From assembly GCA_965223325.1 (NCBI GenBank), contig CBDCWI010000002.1, positions 1,888,001-1,952,000 of the forward strand: a stretch of DNA of 64,000 bases, written 5' to 3'. This document shows, piece after piece, positions 27,529 through 37,314 of this stretch. The stretch is from Candidatus Multivoradales bacterium. Its GTDB lineage: Bacteria > Acidobacteriota > Thermoanaerobaculia > Multivoradales > Multivoraceae. Every line of letters starts with the position of its first letter. The first letter of the stretch is position 1. A program made the translations under genes and the position numbers. The notes beneath the pieces are model-generated. The model was given only the letters and a program-made list of their open reading frames with translations, did not search any database and was not told where the DNA came from.

Positions 27529-29694
27529 ATGCCAGGAGCCGACAGCACCACCAACGACGCTTCGTCGCTCGACCTTCTGGCGACCACTCCCCCTTTTCAG
27601 GCCGGCACCTGGCGGGTCGAACCTGCGCGCCTGCTCCTTCGGCAAGCGGGTTCTGAACACCGCCTCGAGCCGCGAGTGATGGCACTCCTGGTCGTGCTCG
27701 CGCGTTCTGCCGGCGAAGTGGTGACTCGAAAAGACCTGCTCGACCTTGTCTGGGCCGACGCGGTAGTCGGCGGCGACGCACTGACCGGGGCAGTATCGAA
27801 ACTTCGCCGCGCCCTCGACCCACCGATCAAAGAAGCAGCCGAGGAAGCGGCCGGCGTGTCGGCCATCGATACGATCCCCAAGCTCGGCTATCGCCTGCAA
27901 CTACCCGTCACCTGGCAGGCAGGGGCCGAACCCAGTGTGAACACGCCTGTACCGGAGCACTCACCGGGTGGGCAGCCAAGGCGGCGGTGGCACACCGCGA
28001 CGATCCTGGCAGCGGCAGTCCTCGCAGGCCTGGTCGGCCTGGGCGCCTGGTACTTCGGATCGCGACCCGCAACCGGCGCGCCCTCGAGGTTGGCGCCCCC
28101 CGAGATTCGCCCGGTGACCAGCTTTCCCGGAATCGAAGTTCAGCCCGCCGTGGCACCTGGTGGTGCCGACCGCATCGCATTCGCATGGCAAGGAGCCGGA
28201 CAGGACAATTGGGACGTCTACGTGATCGTGCGCGGAACCTCCACACCGATGCGCCTTACCGACGACCCGGGAATCGATCGCGAGCCGGCCTGGTCACCTG
28301 ACGGTCGTCACCTGGCCTACCTGCACTTTGATGACGAAGGCCTGTGCTCGATCTACCGCGTCTCAGCACTTGGTGGCCCGCCGCGACGAGTCGCCGCGTG
28401 TGGTGGACGGGCCGAATCCTTGAGCTGGGCACCTGATGGCAAACGACTGCTCTACGCTCTGCGCCCGGGCGCCGGGGAACCGTTTCGGATCGTTTCGCTT
28501 TCACTTTCCGAGGGCACCCGCCTCGAGCTCACGTCTCCCCCACCCGGGTCGCTCGGCGACCTGCGAGCGCGCTACTCGCCGGACGGCAAGACGCTCGCCT
28601 TCATTCGCAGCCCCATCCACGGGGTCGAAGACATCTTCCTCCACCCTCCGGGTCAACCGGAGCCAGAGCGCCTGACCGCCGACAACCTCAAGATCCATGG
28701 CATGGACTGGGCACGCGACGGGCGCACCCTGGTGTTTTCATCAAATCGCGCTGGCCTTTTCAGCCTTTGGCGGATTGCGCGCTCCGGCGGCGAACCCACC
28801 TGGATGGGCATAACCGGTGGTGACGTCGACGCACCCTCGATCGGTGCCGCGGGCTTTATCGCCTACGAGCAATGGCGAGACGAAACCAACATCTATCGTC
28901 TCGATCCTCGAACCGGCGACAAGGCCGAGGTCGTGCGCTCGACGCATTGGGACTTTGATCCTGCGGTCTCACCTGGCAGCCAGCGCCTCGCCTTTGTCTC
29001 CGACCGTTCCGGCAGTTCCGAGATCTGGGTCTCCGACGCCGGCCGACTTCGCAAGATGACGGACTTCGGTGGGCCTTACGTCACGGCGCCCAGTTGGGAT
29101 CCGACCGGCCGCCGCATCGCCTTCGAGGCAAGGGTCAAGGGCAATGGTGACGTTTATCTCCTCGAGGGCAACGAACTCGAGCCGCGACGAGTGACCGTCG
29201 CGGCGGCGCGAGACGCTGTCCCGAGCTGGTCTCGCAATGGTGAGCGGCTCTACTTTGCCTCGCGTCGCAGTGGATCCTGGCAGATCCACACGATCTCACC
29301 CGATGGAGGCGATCCGAGGCAGCTCACCACCGCCGGCGGCTTTCTCGCCCAGGAGACGGGCGATGGCCAATGGGTGCTGTTTTCGAAGCACGACCAGCCC
29401 GGGCTCTTTCGCATGCCGGTGGGCGGCGGCGCCGAACGCCAGGTGATTGCCGATCTCAATCCCGTCGATCGCGGCCAATGGGTGGCCACCCACGAGGCGA
29501 TCTATGTCGTCCGCCATTCCCCGGACGGCCCCACGGTGCTGGTCGGCTACGACCTCGACGGCTCGAATCGCCGCGACGTCGGCTCGCTCGATCGGGTTGC
29601 GTTCAACAGTCGTTTAGCGGCAGGAGAAGACGGGCAGATTCTCTTCTCGCGAGTCGATCGCTGGGAAAGCGACATCCACCTGGCCAGTCTCTGA
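27529..29694 (+). CDS. CadC/ToxR-like winged-helix regulator with TM and TolB-like PD40 propeller
   Basis: LEPRVMALL...VVTRKDLLDLVW...VSKLRRAL...IDTIPKLGYRL, then TM, then PAWSPDG repeats. Confidence 0.9.
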   Translation: MPGADSTTNDASSLDLLATTPPFQAGTWRVEPARLLLRQAGSEHRLEPRVMALLVVLARSAGEVVTRKDLLDLVWADAVVGGDALTGAVSKLRRALDPPIKEAAEEAAGVSAIDTIPKLGYRLQLPVTWQAGAEPSVNTPVPEHSPGGQPRRRWHTATILAAAVLAGLVGLGAWYFGSRPATGAPSRLAPPEIRPVTSFPGIEVQPAVAPGGADRIAFAWQGAGQDNWDVYVIVRGTSTPMRLTDDPGIDREPAWSPDGRHLAYLHFDDEGLCSIYRVSALGGPPRRVAACGGRAESLSWAPDGKRLLYALRPGAGEPFRIVSLSLSEGTRLELTSPPPGSLGDLRARYSPDGKTLAFIRSPIHGVEDIFLHPPGQPEPERLTADNLKIHGMDWARDGRTLVFSSNRAGLFSLWRIARSGGEPTWMGITGGDVDAPSIGAAGFIAYEQWRDETNIYRLDPRTGDKAEVVRSTHWDFDPAVSPGSQRLAFVSDRSGSSEIWVSDAGRLRKMTDFGGPYVTAPSWDPTGRRIAFEARVKGNGDVYLLEGNELEPRRVTVAAARDAVPSWSRNGERLYFASRRSGSWQIHTISPDGGDPRQLTTAGGFLAQETGDGQWVLFSKHDQPGLFRMPVGGGAERQVIADLNPVDRGQWVATHEAIYVVRHSPDGPTVLVGYDLDGSNRRDVGSLDRVAFNSRLAAGEDGQILFSRVDRWESDIHLASL

Positions 29695-29842
29695 AGCGTC
29701 AGCGTTCCGAGAGGGATTGATCATCCCTCCGTCAGGACAGAACGCGCCCTCGCGAGGCAAAGTAGCGCCTAGCGATCCTCTAGGAGCCTATTCACACCGC
29801 CCTGTCGCGCCCACGACTCCTTCGCTCGGGAGAACCCCATCA

Positions 29843-31150
29843 ATGACGAAACTACCCCTTCACCTCTGCCTGGTCTCCGCCGCTGGTCTGGCGGGCTGCC
29901 TGGGCGAGGCCGCCAGCGAAACCCTCTCCCCACCGCAAGGATCAGCAGCCAGCCAAGAGGACGTGCCGTCGGTCTGGGCGCAGTGGGGTGGCCCAGGCCG
30001 TGACTTCTCACTGCCCGCCGCCCCCGTTCTCGAGTGGGGCCAGGAGGGGCCAGAGGAACTCTGGCGGCAACCCCTGGGCTACGGCGAATCGGCCGTCTTG
30101 ACCGACGGCCAGAACGTCTTCGCCACCTACCGCGACGGTGACGACGAAGTGATTCGGTCGATGACCAGGAACACCGGTGAAACCGTCTGGGAGCTGCGCG
30201 TCCCGACTCCGCTCTGGGATGGCTTCTTCCAGGACGAAGGTGCTGGCCCCTACGCCACACCCACCATCGCCGGCAATCGGCTCCTGACCGTCACGGTGAC
30301 CGGCACGCTTCTGTGCCTCGACACCCAGAGTGGCGAGCTACAGTGGAGTGTGCACGTGTGGTCGGAGTGGCAACGCGATCCGTCGAAGTCTGGCCCTGCC
30401 GAAGTCGGCTACTCACCGAGTCCACTGGTTCTAGACGACCGGGTCTTCGTCGTCGGCGGCGGCAAGGGCCGGGCGGTCCAAGCTTATGATCTTGCCACCG
30501 GCGCTCTTCTGGCCTCGTACGGCGACTTCGATCCCGGCTACGCCTCCCCACGCCTGATCGAGATCGGCGGGCGCCACCTGTTGGTCGTCCTGGCCGCCGA
30601 GACGGTGTTCGGGTTCGACCCGGAAACTGGATCGCAGCTTTTTGAGCATCCGCACCCGACGGACTACCGCGTCAACGCGATGACGCCGGTCTGGAACGGC
30701 GAGACTCTCATTCTGTCCTCCGCCTACGACACCGGCAGCCGGGGTCTCTTGATTCAATCGGCCGGCGAGGGTGTCGACGCTGCCGAACGGTGGAACAACA
30801 AACGCGCCCAGGTGCACCACTCGAGCGCGGTGATTTCCAACGGCCTCTTCGTCGGTTCGAGTGGCGACTTCGGCCCGGCTTTCCTGTTTGGGATCGATCC
30901 CAACTCGGGCGAGATGTTGTTTCGGGAAAGAGGTTTTGCCAAGGCGAATCTGGTTGCGGTTGGTGAGCGTATCGTTTTGTTGGATGAAGACGGCCAACTG
31001 GCGCTGATCGAAGTCTCAGCCGATGGCGTTGGGATTCTCGGTCAAAAAGAGATCTTCGAAACTCGCAGCTGGGCCGCGCCTTCGATCGTCGGGCGGACAA
31101 TCTACGCGCGTGACCGTCAAGAGGTCGTCGCCATGCAGTTCGGCAGCTAG
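29843..31150 (+). CDS. PQQ-like (BamB-type) beta-propeller lipoprotein
   Basis: LAGC lipobox, WAQWGGPGR, ELWRQPLG, ATPTI, CLDTQSGELQW, IYARD. Confidence 0.85.
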   Translation: MTKLPLHLCLVSAAGLAGCLGEAASETLSPPQGSAASQEDVPSVWAQWGGPGRDFSLPAAPVLEWGQEGPEELWRQPLGYGESAVLTDGQNVFATYRDGDDEVIRSMTRNTGETVWELRVPTPLWDGFFQDEGAGPYATPTIAGNRLLTVTVTGTLLCLDTQSGELQWSVHVWSEWQRDPSKSGPAEVGYSPSPLVLDDRVFVVGGGKGRAVQAYDLATGALLASYGDFDPGYASPRLIEIGGRHLLVVLAAETVFGFDPETGSQLFEHPHPTDYRVNAMTPVWNGETLILSSAYDTGSRGLLIQSAGEGVDAAERWNNKRAQVHHSSAVISNGLFVGSSGDFGPAFLFGIDPNSGEMLFRERGFAKANLVAVGERIVLLDEDGQLALIEVSADGVGILGQKEIFETRSWAAPSIVGRTIYARDRQEVVAMQFGS

Positions 31151-32112
31151 CCGCCAGGTAGTGGACTGTTCGAGAACGCCTCGAGGGCTGCCAAGAAGCG
31201 CTCCACCATGATCTCGAGCAGCCGCTTCCCCTTCTCGGCGGTCGCCAGGCTGGGGTCACCGGTGTAGCCCTCGGGCAGATAGTCGGGATCTCGAGGGTCG
31301 CGCGAGATGAGTCCGGGGCGGTATCCGGGACCCGTCGGTCCACGCTCTCTTTGAGGCGCCGCTCCTGGCAACGGCTCACTGACCAGATCGGGTTGCAGGA
31401 ACAGGTGAATCGATGTCTCCCCTTCATCGGCGTGGCCACCGTTCACCTGCTCGAGCAACGCGTCTGAACGCTCATCTTCGAGGTCGTCCCACGACAGAAC
31501 CAGGACCGGCACGCCGAGCTGCGAACGCAACTCGCGACCGGCGATCGCCATGGGTAGACCCGTCGCCCGCGCGATTCCGGTGTTGAGCAGCACGACTCGC
31601 TGGGCACCGCTCTCGACGAGCGATCGTGCGACATCGAAGACCAGCTGCTCGAAAACGGCCGCCTCTTCGATCTCGGTTCCGGGGAAGTCCCTGAAAGCCG
31701 GAAACCATCCGTGCGCGATGGTCGGCGCAACGACGATCTCTAGCTTCTCGATTGCCTTCTGGCAGAGGTATTCGGCCACCACCAGATCGGCGTTCATCGG
31801 CAGATGAGGCCCATGCTCTTTGGCGCCGGCCCCAAACGGCACCACCACCAGCGGCGCCTTTGCGATGCGCTCCTCGGCCTGCGGCACGTTGAGTTCACCG
31901 AGCCAGGCGCCCGGGCTGCCGGTCGCCGGCTGCCCGACCAGCGAGACCGGTACCCCGGCAAAGAGACAGACCACCAGAACGAAGAGCGGTCGCACTCGTC
32001 GCGTCGCCCTTCTTCTCTCTACGACTCTTCGGTGCACGGTTCTTCGGTACACGGTTCTTCGGTAAACGGTTCTTCGGTACACGGTTCTTCGAGAGTCAGC
32101 TTTTATCACCAT
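31147..32112 (-). CDS. Creatininase family protein with signal peptide
   Basis: VVPFGAGAKEHGPHLPMNAD, FPGT, GGHADEGETS, GDPSLATAEKG. Confidence 0.88.
   Translation of the reverse strand: MVIKADSRRTVYRRTVYRRTVYRRTVHRRVVERRRATRRVRPLFVLVVCLFAGVPVSLVGQPATGSPGAWLGELNVPQAEERIAKAPLVVVPFGAGAKEHGPHLPMNADLVVAEYLCQKAIEKLEIVVAPTIAHGWFPAFRDFPGTEIEEAAVFEQLVFDVARSLVESGAQRVVLLNTGIARATGLPMAIAGRELRSQLGVPVLVLSWDDLEDERSDALLEQVNGGHADEGETSIHLFLQPDLVSEPLPGAAPQRERGPTGPGYRPGLISRDPRDPDYLPEGYTGDPSLATAEKGKRLLEIMVERFLAALEAFSNSPLPGG
32026..32091. repeat. 15-bp tandem repeat, about 4.4 copies
   Basis: TCTTCGGT(G/A)(C/A)ACGGT at 32026, 32041, 32056 and 32071 plus a partial copy; encodes RRTV(Y/H) x4 on the minus strand. 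Confidence 0.95.
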
Positions 32113-32234
32113 GGGTCGGAGCCTCCACTGGTTGATCCACCGATCCTAGCCGTGGTCTTTTCACCGAAATCACAACTTGCGGTTTCGTTGTGGAGCGGGT
32201 CTGTGTCCAAGGGTGCATGAAGGAGGGAAAGTCC

Positions 32235-33050
32235 ATGAAGCAAGCCGCTCTCACCCGCTGCCTCGTCATTCTGGCTGTGATCTCAACGTTTCCATTCTCC
32301 GGGGTCGAGGCATGCAGCTGCATCCCCGCAACGTTCGGCTTCTACGCCCAGGGAGAAACCACCCTTCCGCGGGGCGCGGTCGGCCTACTCTGGGCCAGTA
32401 CCGCCTGGCAGTCCGAGCGCGAGACTGTCGACTTCGAGATCGATCGAATCATTGGCAATCATGTATTGCCGATGGCAGTCGAGACGGTAGTCGTCCAGCG
32501 AGAGAGCACCGCTCCCGTCACGATCGTTTTGGTCTCTCCGCGAGGCGGGTTCGAACCCGGCGGTTCTTACGTCGTGCGGAGCCTCCCGACCAGCCGCGCG
32601 GGCCGCAGTGAAGCGGCCTTCGAACAGACAGTAGCGGTCAAGGTCGAAGAACAAGAGGTCGCGCTACCAGACCAGCTCGACATCGAGGTGCGGCGGCCAC
32701 GCCGTCAGAAGCGATGGGTTCCCGCCGGCGCCCTATGCACAGCTCGCGAAGACCGCTGGGTCACTGAGGTCAAAGCGAAGCTACCTCCCCGACTCGAGCG
32801 CTACCGCGATCACCTCCTGTTCCAGGTCGCCGTGAACGATCGACCCATCGCCCCAGCGGCCACGGGTCTCTGCGAGAGGACCCCTCCTGGGCGCTCTTTC
32901 TCACCAATCGGCACCCAGCAACTCGTCGCTCCTCCAACCTGTAAGGCCCCCGACTCGAAGAAGCCATCCCGCATCACTGTGACCGTGAGCTTCCCGGCGC
33001 TCGATCTGAACTGGGAGGCGAGCCAGGAAGTGGCGCTTCCCCGCTGCTAG
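32235..33050 (+). CDS. Secreted hypothetical protein with predicted mature N-terminal Cys-Ser-Cys
   Basis: AGGAGG RBS; signal peptide ending VEA|CSC. Confidence 0.7.
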   Translation: MKQAALTRCLVILAVISTFPFSGVEACSCIPATFGFYAQGETTLPRGAVGLLWASTAWQSERETVDFEIDRIIGNHVLPMAVETVVVQRESTAPVTIVLVSPRGGFEPGGSYVVRSLPTSRAGRSEAAFEQTVAVKVEEQEVALPDQLDIEVRRPRRQKRWVPAGALCTAREDRWVTEVKAKLPPRLERYRDHLLFQVAVNDRPIAPAATGLCERTPPGRSFSPIGTQQLVAPPTCKAPDSKKPSRITVTVSFPALDLNWEASQEVALPRC

Positions 33051-33144
33051 TCGGCTGGGTTTCCTAGAGCCCCAGCTCTACCTGCTACCGTTAGGGGTCA
33101 TCGCCCCCAACCTGCCAAGAGCCGATCCTGCAAAGGAGACACCG

Positions 33145-34215
33145 ATGAGAAAGCCGCTTCTAGTCATCGTTACCACCCTGGCCCTCGCCTCCGCTGCCAC
33201 ACTTCCCGTGGAAGGTGAGGAGGGCGCTCCAACGCGACCCGATGGCAAACCCGATTTCTCCGGCACTTACGACGCAGGCACCGTAACGCCGGTCGATCGC
33301 CCGCCTCAGTTTGGCGACAACCTCTATCTCACCCCCGAAGAAGCAAAGGCACTCGAGGAGGAACAGGCTGCGTTCTGGGCCGACGCCGAGGCCGCCAAGG
33401 ATGAAAAGGAGGCCACGAAGGGCGGCGACAACAACAACATGTTCGGTGCCGGCAATGTGGGTGGCTACAACATCTTCTGGATCGACCCGGGCAGTGAAGC
33501 GGTGATGGTCGATGGAAGGTTCCGCACCTCGATCATCTACGACCCGCCCAACGGGCGGCGGCCGGCGATGACACCAACAGCCATGGCCAAGACGATGAAG
33601 AACCTCAGCTCCTTCATCCACGACAACGACGGCACCGCGTCGTGGCTCGACAAGGGTGGCCACGGGCCCTTCGACGGTCCCGAAGACCTGGCGATCGCCG
33701 AGCGCTGTCTGCTCGGCTTCAGCGGCGGCCCACCGATGCTGCCCAGCCTCTACAACAACTACATCCGGGTGATCCAGACCGCCGACCACCTGATGATTCT
33801 CAACGAGATGGTGCACGACGCCCGGCTGGTACGCATCGACGGGAAGCATGGTCCCGACGATGTTCGCGAGTGGCAAGGTGATTCGATCGGCTACTGGGAC
33901 GGCGACACCCTGGTCGTCGAGACCAGGAACTTCCGTGCCGACACCGGTCTCATGGGTGGCGACGAGAACCTCGAAGTCGTCGAGCGCTTCTCGCGCGCCG
34001 CCAATGGCAACCTGAACTACCGGTTCACCGTCACCGACTCCACCGCCTGGACCGCCCCCTGGTCGGGCGAGTACGAGTGGACGGCCAAGAACGACAGCAA
34101 GGTCTACGAGTACGCTTGCCACGAGGGCAACTACGCGATGGGCAACATCCTGCGCGGCGCACGCCTCCTCGAGTCGGAGTACGACACCTACCCGAAAGAC
34201 ACCGACGACGACTGA
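33145..34215 (+). CDS. Conserved secreted hypothetical protein (PDFSGxY...EYACHEGNY family)
   Basis: AAGGAG RBS, strong codon bias, motifs ERCL, MVHDAR, GDSIGYWDGDTLVVET, EYACHEGNY. Confidence 0.85.
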   Translation: MRKPLLVIVTTLALASAATLPVEGEEGAPTRPDGKPDFSGTYDAGTVTPVDRPPQFGDNLYLTPEEAKALEEEQAAFWADAEAAKDEKEATKGGDNNNMFGAGNVGGYNIFWIDPGSEAVMVDGRFRTSIIYDPPNGRRPAMTPTAMAKTMKNLSSFIHDNDGTASWLDKGGHGPFDGPEDLAIAERCLLGFSGGPPMLPSLYNNYIRVIQTADHLMILNEMVHDARLVRIDGKHGPDDVREWQGDSIGYWDGDTLVVETRNFRADTGLMGGDENLEVVERFSRAANGNLNYRFTVTDSTAWTAPWSGEYEWTAKNDSKVYEYACHEGNYAMGNILRGARLLESEYDTYPKDTDDD

Positions 34216-34277
34216 GCTCTTGGGCCTCAACGACACCGCCCGATCTCACACCGCCTCCCCGATCGGTCCTTCTCGTT

Positions 34278-36092
34278 TTACCTAGCGGCCGACGCCAGCG
34301 CAAGCCGCTCAGGATCGAGAAAGGTTTCGATCGCCTGCCCCGCGAGCCAACGGCGGGCCCAGAGTTCTACCGCCAGCAATTGCCATGTGATCGCCTTGCG
34401 CTTGCCGGCGTAGAGCTCCATGGTGGCTTCACGTTCCAGCACTCCTAGAGACATCAGCACTCCGTCTCGGAGGAGGCCGCGGCCGAGAACGGCGATGCCA
34501 CGGACCATCCAGGGGCCGAGAGGAATGCTGAACCCCTTCTTGCGGGCGGTGAGAACCGCCGTTGGAACCCAGCGGGCGGCCGCTCGCTTGAGAAGCGCCT
34601 TGCGCTCGCCACCCGCAAAGAGCACGTCGTGATCGATGGTGAAAGCCAACTCGACCAGGCGCCGATCGCACAGCGGAACGCGTGCCTCGACTCCGTTGGC
34701 CATGCTCGCGCGATCGACCTTGAAGAGAATGTGATCGGGAAGGTAGATGCCGAGATCCATCAACTGAGCTGCGGCAACCGGCGGTAATTCGGGACGGAAG
34801 AAGCGCCGAAAAAGGCGATAGGGATCCGGGTCGAGACTGGCGCGGCACTCTGCTGTGAGAACGCTTTCCATCTGCTGGGGCGAAATCCTCTGCATGGTGG
34901 GCAGCTCGGCGTAGGCCGCCGCCGGATCCGGAACCCCCTGCTCGCACCGTGAGCGGTATTCGTCGTAGCGGGTGTACCCGGCAAACAGCTCATCACCTCC
35001 GTCGCCAGCCAGAACGACCTTGTAGTCGCATCCATCGGCCATTGCCGAAACGAACGCGGTAGGAAACGCCGAGCCTCCGCCGAAGGGCTCATCCCAGGTG
35101 TTCGTCACCTCCTCGAGCATCGACACTGCGGTTTCGTAGTCGAGAACCCGTTCGGTCTGCGACAGGCCGAGATCGTCGACGATCAAACGCGCCCAGGCAC
35201 GCTCGTCCTTGTTCTCTTCGTGGAATCCGACCGTGAACGCATGAATCGGCCGAGCGGAGAACCGGTGAGCGATCGAGGTCACGGTGCTCGAGTCGATACC
35301 ACCCGACAGGAACACCCCAACCGGTACGTCGCTCATCAACTGCTCTTTGACCGAGCGCTCGAGTTGCGCAGCAATCGCCTCGGTCGCCTGCTCGGGGTCT
35401 CGAATCGTCGGCGCCACGGGCACGTCCCAGTAGCGTTCGACGGTGACCCTGTTGTCAGCAGCCAGCAGCCGATGCGCCGGCGCGAGCTTTCGCATCCCCG
35501 CGAAGATGCACTCATCGACGGCGACGTACCCCAGGAGCATGTAGGTCCTGAACGCCTCGAGGTCGAGGCGCGGCTGGAACCGCGGGTGTTGGAGGATCGC
35601 CCTCGGCTGCGACGCAAAGGCGAGACCGCCGTCGTGGTGCCAGAAGTAGAGCGGTTTGACTCCCAAATGATCGCGTGCGAGGAATAGCTGCCTCTTGTTC
35701 TCGTCCCAAAGGCCGAACGCGAAGATGCCCTCGAAGCGCTCGGTACAGCCCGGACCCCACTCTTCCCAGCCGTGCACCACGACCTCGCTGTCGGTGCGCG
35801 ACCGAAAGCGGTGCCCCAACGCTTCGAGCTCCCGGCGCAGCTCGAGATGGTTGTAGATCTCACCGTTGTAGGTCAGCCAGACCGTTCTGTCCTCGTTGGT
35901 CATAGGCTGTGCTGCAGCATCGCTCAGATCGACGATCGCCAACCGCTGATGGCCGAGGGCGACGCGGCCGTCATCCCGGAACTCAACTCCACGCCCATCA
36001 CGACCGCGCATCGTGAGCTCGTCGAGTGCCGCTTCGAAGGTCTGGCGCTCTACTGGTCGCGACCAGCTCAGTTCTCCGAGAATGCCGCACAT
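34278..36092 (-). CDS. asnB: Second asparagine synthase family amidotransferase
   Basis: MCGILG, YNGEIYN, LSGGIDSS, LAGDGGDELFAGY, KVDRASMANGVEARVP. Confidence 0.94.
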   Translation of the reverse strand: MCGILGELSWSRPVERQTFEAALDELTMRGRDGRGVEFRDDGRVALGHQRLAIVDLSDAAAQPMTNEDRTVWLTYNGEIYNHLELRRELEALGHRFRSRTDSEVVVHGWEEWGPGCTERFEGIFAFGLWDENKRQLFLARDHLGVKPLYFWHHDGGLAFASQPRAILQHPRFQPRLDLEAFRTYMLLGYVAVDECIFAGMRKLAPAHRLLAADNRVTVERYWDVPVAPTIRDPEQATEAIAAQLERSVKEQLMSDVPVGVFLSGGIDSSTVTSIAHRFSARPIHAFTVGFHEENKDERAWARLIVDDLGLSQTERVLDYETAVSMLEEVTNTWDEPFGGGSAFPTAFVSAMADGCDYKVVLAGDGGDELFAGYTRYDEYRSRCEQGVPDPAAAYAELPTMQRISPQQMESVLTAECRASLDPDPYRLFRRFFRPELPPVAAAQLMDLGIYLPDHILFKVDRASMANGVEARVPLCDRRLVELAFTIDHDVLFAGGERKALLKRAAARWVPTAVLTARKKGFSIPLGPWMVRGIAVLGRGLLRDGVLMSLGVLEREATMELYAGKRKAITWQLLAVELWARRWLAGQAIETFLDPERLALASAAR

Positions 36093-36313
36093 CTCAGCTT
36101 GCCTTCCCATCGAGGAATGACGTCGTCAGGTGCATGGCTCCGAGGTAGGTGAGAGCAAGCATGGTCGCACCTTACCTATCTCCGGACCTGCCTGCGGCAC
36201 CAGTCTGCAGCCGCTCTTGCTTCCATCCGCCTGGTACACCGGCGCACGGGCGACTTGCTAGCCTGCAGCCTTCCAGCGTCTCTTCGATCTTTTTCTGGAC
36301 TCGACGCCGAAGT

Positions 36314-37231
36314 ATGAGCGCCACCGCCAAGGCAACCTTTGCCACCCTCTTTTCGACCCGTCTCACCAGGGCGTCAGCGGCGATTCTCGAGCGCTACGCT
36401 CGCCAGCACGCGCTCGATCGGCCGCTTTTTCTCATTGGCCTCAATCGTTCCGGCACCACGCTTCTCATGCGTCGGGTCGCAGCGACCCGAGCGCTCGTGA
36501 ACTGGAGTGAAGCCAACGAGCTGTGGGACCCACTGGGCTACCCGTCGGAGGCCGACCGCCTGCCACGCCCACCATGGCCACTCGACCCCTACGGCTACAC
36601 CGCATCGGTCCTCGAGTCGCTGCCCGAGTACTACAAAGCCGCCATTCCTGGCCTGTGTGCTCTGCGGCTGGCAGCCGAGGCCAAAGGCAACTCTCGAGCA
36701 CGCTTCTTCAACAAGTGCCCAATGAACACCTTGCGCACCGACTTTCTGCGCCAGACCTTTCCGGGCGCCTCCTTTCTGAGCATCGTGCGCGATCCGCGCG
36801 CCGTCATCCGCTCGTGGACTCAGAAAGTGATTCCCAAACTCGAACGCCATCCGCGTTCGGGGGTCGAAACCGCGGCCGACGGCAGTCGAGTGTTCGTCTT
36901 CGACGGCGACCGCTACGAGCACAAGCAACTGATCGACCGCATGGCCCAGAGCTGGGTCGAAGTCGTGAGCGCCCAGCTCGAGGTCGTCGGTGACCTGCCG
37001 AAAGAGCGCGTTTACCATCTGCGCTACGAAGATCTCGTTGAGGACGTTGCCGGCCATCTCGAGCGAATCGACCAGCGCTTCGACCTCGATCCCGCCGCGC
37101 GCCAGTGGAACGAGATTCCCAGCGACGACCAGAGCCGCAACCTCAAGGTCAAGCGCGAATGGTCGGGCGAAGAGATGGCCATCGTCGAGGCGCGCTGCGA
37201 AGCGCTGATGGTGCAGTTGGGCTACCGCTAG
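36314..37231 (+). CDS. Sulfotransferase family protein
   Basis: 5'-PSB loop IGLNRSGTTLL, KCP, 3'-PB IVRDPRAVIRS, LRYEDLV. Confidence 0.88.
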   Translation: MSATAKATFATLFSTRLTRASAAILERYARQHALDRPLFLIGLNRSGTTLLMRRVAATRALVNWSEANELWDPLGYPSEADRLPRPPWPLDPYGYTASVLESLPEYYKAAIPGLCALRLAAEAKGNSRARFFNKCPMNTLRTDFLRQTFPGASFLSIVRDPRAVIRSWTQKVIPKLERHPRSGVETAADGSRVFVFDGDRYEHKQLIDRMAQSWVEVVSAQLEVVGDLPKERVYHLRYEDLVEDVAGHLERIDQRFDLDPAARQWNEIPSDDQSRNLKVKREWSGEEMAIVEARCEALMVQLGYR

Positions 37232-37314
37232 CGACGGCCGATCGCTGGGGCAGATCGGACGGTGGCTGTGAGGTGACACAATGCCTCAACTACTCACCCC
37301 CGGGAGCCATCGTG

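Noticed and set aside
32026-32091. 15-bp repeat as CRISPR or iteron
   Set aside because: Head-to-tail with no spacers and no rep gene.
33160-34236. Long antisense or alternate-frame ORFs (also 58933-60396, 49486-50688, 22964-24133, 39339-40325)
   Set aside because: Shadow ORFs expected at high GC; they overlap well-supported genes and have no motifs.
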